The position numbers and the translations under genes are program-made. A stretch of 64,000 bases of DNA from Lingula anatina (lineage: Eukaryota > Animalia > Brachiopoda): positions 61,234,788-61,298,787 of the forward strand of contig CM120640.1 in the NCBI GenBank assembly GCA_051362555.1. Reading direction: 5' to 3'. The notes below the pieces were generated by a model that ran no database searches, had not been told where the DNA came from, and was given only the letters and a program-made list of their open reading frames with translations. Positions 23,322 through 33,700 of the stretch are shown here, in pieces. Every line of letters starts with the position of its first letter. Positions within the stretch are counted from its first letter, which is position 1.

Positions 23322-25318
23322 CAAGGAAAACCGATAGGCCTGTTGTCATGAAACTCACAGGAGTAATCTATCTTACTAAAACGCAGGTCAAGTTCGAAAA
23401 TCAGCATGATCGGGCCACTATTTTAGTAGTTATGCTGTTTTTTCATTTTTCATCATATATGCAACACTGTAAACACGATATAAGAAAAACAGATTGGCCA
23501 ATTGTCATTAAACTCACAGGAGTGGTCAATCTTACTAAAACGCAGGTTGAGTTCGAAAATCAGCATAATCGGGCCATTATTTTAGAAGTTATGCTGTTTT
23601 TTCACATTTCCTCAGATTAAATTCTTAGGCATGTTAACAGTCTTATTGTTTTACTAATAAGATACATTAAAGTGTTTGTTTGACATTTCCTGCATCTTTA
23701 CAACATTGTAAGTTGATTATGTAAAAATGATGGTAAACTTGTTATCGTGTATTGTGTAATAAAGTGTCAAAAATGGAAATAAACTCATATCATTGCAGTT
23801 TGTCAGATTCAATCATTAACTATGTTCAGAATCTCAGAATGGAGGAAATTGGACATTTAACACTATTCTATTGATATTTTTCCCATCTCATCAATTTTCT
23901 TAGTTGATCATATAAAAATTGCAGTAAACTGTTTGTTTTGTTTTATGTTAAAAAATTGTTAAAAATGAAAAAAAAAAAAAAATTCAGAACAGTGCTGTCT
24001 TTGTTTACATTTTGGCATTTTCAAGTTGTGACTTTGAAGTTCCATGGGCCTGAAGACCTTTGCTAGTCACATTTTCTGAATATCCATGATACTAATATTT
24101 TATTATTAAAATTGATGGTCATTATGCTGTTAAACATTATGTAATATTGCATCAAAATTAAAAAAAAAAACTATTTTGGGCACTGCTCCCATGATGACCA
24201 TTTAAGAAAAACCATGTCACTTACTGTTCTCAAACTTACAGGAAAGAAACATGGGACTAAAATACAGCTTCAGTAGGCAATGCAGTCTGTTTGGTAATTC
24301 TTACTGCCAGTTAAACGGTTTCACATATTGGCATTTTCAAAGTGTGACTTTGAAGTTCCACGGTCTTGTTTATTATTGCATCAAAATTGGCAAAATGACC
24401 TCTTTTGCATCCTTTTTTCTGTTATTTTGTCTGTACATTTGACAGCTTTGCTGCCTTGTTCTTATATTGTGTTATCAGTGTTGCATTTATATTGAAAATA
24501 GTGAAAAAACAGCATAAATTCCCTCAAAATGGCCCAATCATGCTGATTTTCGAACTTGACCTGCGTATTATGAATATTCATCAGTTCTGTAAGTTTCAAG
24601 TCAAAAGGTAAAATGGTTTTCCACTTATCGTGTTATCGGTGCTGCATATATGCTGAAAAAAGTGAAAAAACAGCATAAATTCCCTAAAAGTGACCCGATC
24701 ATGCTGGTTTTCGAACTTGACCTGCGTATTATGAATATTCATCAGTTCTGTAAGTTTCAAGTCAAAAGGTAAAATGGTTTTCCACTTATCGTGTTATCGG
24801 TGCTGCATATATGCTGAAAAAAGTGAAAAAACAGCATAAATTCCCTAAAAGTGACCCGATCATGCTGATTTTCGAACTTGACCTGCGTATTATGAATATT
24901 CATCAGTTCTGCAAGTTTCAAGTCAAAAGGTAAAATGGTTTTCCACTTATCGTGTTATCGGTAAAAGTGCACGGCGACGACGGCGACGACAGACGCAGAT
25001 GATGGCTGTATGTACAGACACATCTGTGTCTGTACATAAAAATTATCCCTATGTAATTCGTTCCTTTTATTAACATTACATCTTCGTGAATGTGGGGTAA
25101 CATGAAAGGAAGGTACTGAAGTTCTCACACATCTTATATCTTGTATCAATTTACCTCTTATGAAGTAAAAAAAAAAGAGTTGGAAGCTAGACATGAGAGA
25201 CTTATGAAGAGAGATATCTCAGTACATATAACAAGACACCAAGCTTAAATGATGTAATTTGTTAGAATTAAGTCAGATTTTTCTTTTAAATGAATGAACA
25301 TTAAAAAGTTACAAAAGT

Positions 25319-27599
25319 AAACTAGAGGATCAGAGAGGCGATACCGCCTCCAAATATTGTACCACCAGCTGGAGCAAGCGCATTTGTATAGACCCCCACA
25401 TACACAAAATAAGGGACACAGCCACCAGTTTTGTGCTTGACAAGCTGTAAAAATGCAATCAACAAGAATTTTTAAACTATTGCAAAAAATATATATGGTA
25501 CAATCAAATTTAAATTCTTCGTAAGGTAGGTCAAGGGTCAATTTCAAGGTCACAGTAAATTGCCAGTATATGACTTGAATCCAGTTTTGGAGATAAAAGG
25601 GAAGCAAAATTTGCAAAATTCAGTTCATGGTGAAAAGTAGGTCAAAGGTCAATTTCAAGGTCACATTTAGATTGCCAGTATATGACTTTCTATTCAAGTT
25701 CAATAGTAACTATGGACCTATCTCTGCCAGTTTTGGAGATAAAAGGGAAGCAAAATTTGCAAAGTTCAGTTTATGGTGAAAAGTAGGACAAAGGTCAATT
25801 TTAATGTCACATTTATAATGCCAGTATATGACTTCCTATTCAAGTTCAATAGTAACTACGGACCTATCTCAGCCAGTTTTGGAGATAAAAGGAAAGCAAA
25901 ATTTGCAAAATTCAGTTCATGGTGTAAAGTAGGTCAAAGGTCAATTTTAAGGTCACATTTAGATTGCCAGTATATGACTTCCTTTTCAAGTTCAATAGTA
26001 ACTATGGACCTATCTCAGCCAGTTTTGGAGATAAAAGGGAAGAAAAATTTGCAAAATTCAGTTCATGGTGTAAAGTAGGTCAAAGGTCAATTTTAAGGTC
26101 ACATTTAGATTGCCAGTATATGACTTCCTTTTCAAGTTCAATAGTAACTATGGACCTATCTCTGCCAGTTTTGGAGATAAAAGGGAAGACAAGTTTGCAA
26201 AGTTCAGTTTATGGTGAAAAGTAGGTCAAAGGTCAATTTCAAGGTCACATTTAGATTGCCAGTATATGACTTCCTTTTCAAGTTCAATAGTAACTATGGA
26301 CCTATCTCTGCCAGTTTTGGAGATAAAAGGGAAGCAAAATTTGCAAAGTTCAGTTTATGGTGAAAAGTAGGTCAAAGGTCAATTTTAAGGTCACATTTAG
26401 ATTGCCAGTATATGACTTCCTATTCAAGTTCAATAGTAACTATGGACCTATCGCTGCCAGTTTTGGAGATAAAAGGGAAGAAAAATTTGCAAAGTTCAGT
26501 TCATGGTGAAAAGTAGGTCAAAGGTCAATTTCAAGGTCATAGTAAGATTGCCAGTATATGATTTCCTATTCAACTGCAATAGTAACTATGGACCTATCTC
26601 TGCCAGTTTTGGAGATATAAGGGACTAGATGTTATAATTTTGGAGTTACCATAATGTGCCTTAAATTTCGTACAGAAAAAATTAATTAAAATAAAGAAAA
26701 TGTCATTTTGGTCAAAATTCTTGAAATAGGAGGTGCTCTGAAGTTTCAGAAGTTCAAATTTGATGAAATAATGTCATTTTTGAACACAAGTTGTCTGCTT
26801 TGTCAAGCCTTATGTTTTATTTTTCCAGAGTTCAAAATTTATTATCCATTACCGTACTGCACATTTTGCTTTTACCACCAATATGTACTTTTTGATACAG
26901 CGTAACTCGAAAACCGTATGGAATACAAAAAAACCGTGACCACTTCCAGTGTTGGGCTTTACATGCTCTACAAAATGCAAAAAAGAATGGGTCTCTAGCA
27001 TTAACGGTTCCCGAATTAGAGACAGTTTTCAGTTTCGGTATCTTATGGCCGCTTCTCCCGTGAAAATGCACCGATTGACCCCAAATTCATGGAGATGAAA
27101 GATGACCTGAAGGGTAACACTTTCCAATAATATTATTGGTTAAGTCTGTGTGGTGTCTGAATAACAGGGAAAAAAAATTTTTTTCGTAAAAAATTTCATT
27201 TTTTTGAAAATTTTGGCCCATTTGACCTTTAAGTAGAGGTCAAAGGTCAAATCCAAGGATATATTTGAAATCTACACATATGACTTTTGGAAAGCCGTCT
27301 ATAGAAATTTTTCCCATAACTCCTTCCGTAGGGTAGATAATTAGCATTTAATTTTGCCATTTTTAGACAAGGGTGCATTGCAATGAGTGCCACACCCAGA
27401 CCCCAATACCGACAAAGCCCAAATTTTACGTGGAACGAGTTGAGATTATAGGTGACCTAAATCCATGAGATGGGTACGGGGGCCCTTACCGTCTAGGAGG
27501 AGAAGCGGTAACGGTAGCCGTCCGGCGGAGCCGGCGGAACGATCCGGACGAGACCGAAACCATGTGTAGCGCCAGCGCTAACGCTGGTGGTACAATTAA
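25319..27599 (-). mobile_element. Non-autonomous Helentron/HINE-like element, family 2
   Basis: Subterminal inverted repeats ATTGTACCACCAGC (25356) / GCTGGTGGTACAAT (27583). 5' palindrome CCAGCGCTAACGCTGG next to a CCGG-rich simple repeat. 3' hairpin GAGGCG-ATAC-CGCCTC and a CTAGTT terminus on the minus strand. Confidence 0.78.
25525..26625. repeat. Tandem array of 146-bp units (~7.5 copies) inside HINE family 2
   Basis: GTAGG(T/A)CAAAGG recurs at 25637, 25783, 25929, 26075, 26221, 26367 and 26513, an exact 146-bp period. Confidence 0.95.
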
Positions 27600-28059
27600 G
27601 GATCCTTTGTATAAACAATTAAGTTTTTTTTAATAAGATAAAAGCGTTATTCACGATGAAAATTTGTTAAAAATTTCTAGTTACATCACAGGACTGAGGA
27701 GTGGCAATATTGGACAGGATATCAGGACTGCCCAAAGACTAACGTGGATCAGTAGCACATAAAATACATTTTTCCTCCACACACTGAGGAATGGGGGTGA
27801 ATCTAGCTGAATTCTCATGTTCAAATAATAAAAGTCATAAACTCTTAATTTTCTTTATTCTACCAGAAACACTGATGCTTTTTTAACATAACCAACAAGT
27901 GTATAATTATCAGGCAGCAATGCCTCATGTTAGGCAAAAATAAGCACATTCTTTAAGGTTGAATACTTGTAACTCCTTCCTAATTCTTTTAATATACAAT
28001 TTTCATTTATACATCTGTTTTACATAATATGTACATTAAATGTGTGCCTGTTATTAAAT

Positions 28060-29729
28060 TCAATAAAGGGAACCGGAGAAGATCAGCATTGGTCAGAATT
28101 GTGCCGGAAGTGACGTGCAGTGGTGTTAGAAGCGAAGCTGAGTGGTCATTTTAACATAGAGGTGAACGGCAGTGAAGACGGGTTGTCGGAGGAAAAAGAA
28201 GTTTTCTAAACAACATGGTAAGATAACTCTCCTTTTTTACGCATTTTGGGCAGAGAATACTTGTAGAAATAATAGACGCATGATATGAAAACGTGACACA
28301 AAACTTGAAGGTGCAAAATCGTGCTTAATTTGCGGTCAACTTGTTTAGAAATAAATGCTGCGTCGACCGCCAGCGCGACAAAAAGCGTAAAGGGGAAATA
28401 ATTCCCGGGAGTCTATAAATCGTTGTCATGTGGAAATTTGGCATTAATATAATCCGATATGTCCATATCTAAGTATTTTTGGGTGTTTTATGGTATGGGC
28501 TGCAATTACAACGATGTTTTAGAGGTCTTGAAGGACCTTGTGAAAACCAGGAAGTAGTTCGTAACTAACAAGTGGAATGTACCGATCTCCGACTGCTGTG
28601 CACAGCTGTATCTTTTTTTCAATATATTGACGAATTTTTAGATCTTTATATGTCCATCTGGCATGAAATTCCACACACATGATCACACTGATACACCTTT
28701 TACACTGGGGTAGGCATAAATCAGTGACGAATGCCAAGACAAAGGTGACATTCTGACAGCCTCTTATCTGAGTTAAAAATCACTGACAAAAGTGACTGGC
28801 AATCACTTTCCTCAGGCTGGCAATCATTAGCCTATAGAAATTGGTCATGTTACATCTTATCTACCTGTGAGAATCGTTTTACCAACTGAGTATTGCATAA
28901 TAATGTCAATTATTAGTACTTTGAGCTAGTCTTAATTACCTGTCAGCTCACCTGAATTCTCTTTCCGTCTTTTTGGGAAGATCTTGTCAGTGAAATGTTT
29001 TATTTGTCCTGTGAATGCATTGCACTTTATTGTATATTTGTCACCTTTGTCTTGGCATTTGTCACTGATTAGCGCCTTCCCCAGTGTAAAAGGTGTATCA
29101 GTGTGATCATGTGTGTGGAATTTCATGCCAGATGGACATATAAAGATCTAAAAATTCGTCAATATATTGAAAAAAAGATACAGCTGTGCACAGCAGTCGG
29201 AGATCGGTACATTCCACTTGTTAGTTACGAACTACTTCCTGGTTTTCACAAGGTCCTTCAAGACCTCTAAAACATCGTTGTAATTGCAGCCCATACCATA
29301 AAACACCCAAAAATACTTAGATATGGACATATCGGATTATATTAATGCCAAATTTCCACATGACAACGATTTATAGACTCCCGGGAATTATTTCCCCTTT
29401 ACGCTTTTTGTCGCGCTGGCGGTCGAAGCAGCATTTATTTCTAAACAAGTTGACCGCAAATTAAGCACGATTTTGCACCTTCAAGTTCAGTGTCACGTTT
29501 TCATATCATGCGTCTATTATTTCTACAAGTATTCTCTGCCCAAAATGCGTAAAAAAGGAGAGTTATCTTACCATGTTGTTTAGAAAACTTCTTTTTCCTC
29601 CGACAAACCGTCTTCACTGCCGTTCACCTCTATGTTAAAATGACCACTCAGCTTCGCTTCTAACACCACTGCACGTCACTTCCGGCACAATTCTGACCAA
29701 TGCTGATCTTCTCCGGTACCCGTTATTGA
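28060..29729. mobile_element. Foldback / non-autonomous Mutator-like DNA transposon
   Basis: ~691-bp near-perfect inverted arms (28060-28750, 29039-29729) with a ~290-bp spacer. 10-bp TSD GTTATTAAAT at 28050 and 29730. Confidence 0.88.
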
Positions 29730-30785
29730 GTTATTAAATTCAATTGTTGAATTCTAGGCATGGTTTTTTTAATATGGCCCATCTGACTATTTTAGATGTT
29801 GCATGCCAGTATTTTTTAAGAAACTCATTTTTGTGAGTATTATGCAAAGAAATGATAAGATCTGATCTTGATATGTATGTAATTTTGCTTGGAGATAAAT
29901 GTGGGACTTTTAAAAAGTTTGAGTAACTTTAAAACCTCCCTATTATAGCTGAAAATAAGTACAGACAGTTGGATATAAGAGCACATTTACACGACAAGAT
30001 ATGAAATAAAAAAATTGTGAAAATCAAAGCATAGGTAGGTGACAAATTCTACCACACACTGTTTTAATATTTTAAAAGTAGAACCAGATTTCTTTCTGAA
30101 AAGGTCTTCAATAATTCAGACATTCTTGTGTATGCAATTGCAATAAGGGACTACACTTGCACAGGTCCCAAGCTGCCTTTTACATCCATATATTAAAAAC
30201 AAAACATTGCAATTCCAGCTTGCATGATCATTCTGACCAATATACTATAAAACTCATACACTTTACTATTACAGAGAATACAATCACAGAGTAGTTTTCT
30301 GCCAGGCTTGTTTTTGAATAATGAAACGATATCCTATGGCCAAGTACCTATATGTATGTCACACATTTTGGCCTTCAGGACTTTCATATTCAATTAAAAT
30401 ATCACTTGCCCTTGTTGAAAATTAACAACACAAGTAAATACCACAAAGATCAACCCTTTTATAAAATATTTGTGAGAACAAACATGGTCATCTCAACATG
30501 CTTTTATAACATTCTAGCCTGGCTCATCTGCATTTGACTTTCCTGAAAATGAGAGAAAATAGTTTATATTTCATGACCAGATATAAATATGTGCAGGAAT
30601 AACAATGCCTGTTTACCACACACCAAAACTTTGGCCTAACTTCATCATATAGCTCACTTAACATAAAGTGGCAAGAAAGGCATATTACAATTCGAAACAT
30701 TGCTCTTGTTGCCAGCATCACTGTCCTCTGTGTCTTACATACAGAATTGCTGGTTACGTCTGTATCTTTGACCTCTGTTGTCATA

Positions 30786-33700
30786 TCATATGTAGTACTG
30801 CTGCATCTGCCTGTTCCAATCATCATCACCTGGAAATGCATCAGTTGTGCCCCTGTTGCGGATTGTTGTTCCAGGCTAAAATTTCAGGAATGTCATGTTT
30901 ATCAAATGATAATATTGAATTTGACAGTCCTTATATGAACAACAAAATTTTAAGCTAAAATCATATCATTTTTTATAATGGTACTTTGTTTCTGTCAAGT
31001 GTCTGTATGTTTGCTCACAGTCTAGTTACACTAACATATGGGTGCAACTAACTTAAAAGCTATAATGAAACATTACATTGTATTTACAAAGCAAAAAATA
31101 ATTTTATTTCCCACCCATATGTATATATATTAATCTTTACTATGGAACATATTCAATCATAATCTTGTCATTGTTACAGTGCAAAATTATTTTACCAAAG
31201 CTTCAAACTCTGGGGTTTCAGGTTGCTGCCTTTCCTCTTCTTCATCACCCCCCAAAAGCTCTTCATCATCATTGTCTTCGAGTAGGTTCAAAGTAGATGG
31301 ACCAGAGGCATTTTTGTATCTGGCAGTACATCAAGGACTACAAGTCAACATCTCTTATACAGCACATTTATTTCTCTATATACAATTTTTCCTTTTAAAT
31401 CAAACTAATATCTGGTTTCATTTAGTTTGGTGACATTAGTAGCCTTGAGGCAGAAATTTGATTATGTTAGTACTCATTTTTGAAAGGATACATATTTTTT
31501 GGAGTGGACTTCTTCTTTCTTCGCGATAAGAATTTTCGAGCAATGGCCATGAACTTCTTTTTTGCAGCTAAAAATTAAGAATAAGAATCATGACAGAACA
31601 TCCTAATAAATAATTATACAAGAAGCATTAATACAACCAGTCCTTTTGGTTTTATATCTTTCTATGACAATATTTCATACTCTGCCATTTTCATGACTAT
31701 TTTGTCAGAAACACTTTGATGGGAGCACTGTTCAAGTTTATGTTTCTGGCTCTATTATTTGTAGTAATCAACTAAAGTTTTCTAAAGATAACGTTTGTGA
31801 CATAAAAACATACAGCAAGTTGAAACATTAGTCAAGTCATCTCGGGGAGGATTGTTCAAGCACACCCCTTTTTCAATGATTTAAGTTCAAAAGTGGTGAC
31901 ACAGATAGATGGACAATCAACAAACTGAGAGGTAAAGTCCAATTACATACATCCTATTAGGTGAGCTGTACACTGAAGTGCACAAGCACATGTTAACATA
32001 TTTTTTGTCATGTATCATTGGGAGACTGAAAACTTTTTTTTTTTTTTTTTTTTATTCAGTAGCAAATAAATATATAATCTTACATTTTTACATTTTTTGA
32101 CTTATGAATCGCACACAAACACCCACACACACACACCCACACACACACACATTTACATACTTTCTCTCTCAGTAAAAAAAAGGTTGTACAGTACAGTATT
32201 GCACAAACGGGTAGAGATTGACAGTTCATGTTGTTAACATTACAATTGAATTCTAAGAGATATATCATCAGCTGGTTGCTTGTCAATTAAGGTGTAATAT
32301 GCGATCAATATTTTCCCATTTTCTTTTAACATGTTGTTGTTTTTGGTCGGTATACATATATAAAGAATATAAACAAATATTTCTGTAATAATTAACGTAT
32401 TGTCTGGTTCCTTCCCATGTTGGGATTTCTGTTTTCGTTCTACATAAACTAATATATTTCTTAATTATTAAGATAAGTAGATAAAAACCTTTTATGTCAT
32501 ATGATTGGGAGACTGAAAACTTGATCGCAAGGCATGATTTCTCCTACAGCTCTAAGCACTACCATACTTACCCTCCATAGAAACTTAAATTTTTATACTA
32601 CTTTTCCATTTTCTCGTGCAATGATGTTAAAAAAGTAAATGGTTTCAAAAGAGACTTCACATATTTTTTTTTTTACCTATTAGCAGTGTATGAAATGGCC
32701 GCCTGCCCGCCAGCCCGAGGCTGGTAACTTTCAGGCCGGGCGGGTAAGATTTGCAGATTACCCGCCCGACGGGCTGGCTGTTTTTACAGCCTATTTTCAC
32801 CTTTTATTTTGTCTATGTTCACAAGCGATTTCAGCAAAATATCAAATAAACTCACTGTTTTCACCCACTTTCATAGAAGCAAAGAACTAACCATAGCTTG
32901 CAATCGAACGCTCGTATCGAAATGTAACTAACAGTCTCCCTCTCAGTGGCCTCGTTTTCGAAGTTCTGTCTGTGTGATATGAAGTTGAAAGACAATTTAA
33001 ACGAGGCACAATGTTCTTAACCAGCTTCAGTGCACAGCAGATAACGTTACGTCATAGTTTTGTGTAGAGGAGATATCGCGAGTAGCAATTTGTAGGTTGA
33101 GAGTAATAAAAATGTGAAAGTATAAAAAGTTATGATATTGATTAAATCGACTTACAGGTACATGAAGTGCTTATAATCAACAGTAATAAAGGCAATGGAG
33201 GCAAATAAAAGGAGAATTTTACAAAAAATTTGAATCCCAAAATTATGAGTGAACGTACAAGTTTACGCCGTGCGTCAGATGTAGTTCTTTTCCCACGTGC
33301 TTTCATCTTGGGCTGTCAAAAATGAAAAAATTCTATCAAGTCCGATAGAGAAGTTCACAAAAGAAAAACAATTGAGGAAAGAAATAAAACAAACAAAGAT
33401 TACGACAGAACCAAACGAAAGAGAACAAATTGGGACCAATGGAAAGGTGACTTCGATTTGCAATTAGTCGAGCGGCAACATTTTTTTTCGTAAAACCGTA
33501 ACTCGAAAGTATCACGCACTGCGACCGAGCGCAAGCATCTCGATCCAATAACTCGTCCATACTCGCCCCATATAAAAATGATATTGTAGCCTCTATGTGA
33601 TATATATAGCTTTTCTCAATAAGCAATGCTTTCGAGATACGGGGCCCTGCAGGACTGTCTATGGGCCATAAGCGTGCAGGACCGTTCCCGATCGCTTTTT

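Larger units (their letters stand above)
17193..24460 (+). mobile_element. HINE family 1, copy D, inserted in copy C and interrupted by DIRS
   Basis: Complete 5' and 3' termini. After removing 18337-23321 it is nearly the reverse complement of copy A. Confidence 0.82.
16277..25043 (-). mobile_element. HINE family 1, copy C (diverged), split by insertion of copy D
   Basis: 3' end AACAAGGCAGCAAAGCTG at ~16277 and 5' palindrome at ~25010-25040. The halves ...ATCTGTTTT (~17195) and CTTATATTGTG (24461) rejoin to the consensus ATCTGTTTTTCTTATATTGTG. Three 161-bp repeats at ~24500-24960. Confidence 0.8.

Noticed and set aside
25525-26625. Regular array as a possible CRISPR
   Set aside because: Units repeat over their whole length with no unique spacers. 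The context is eukaryotic and there are no cas genes.
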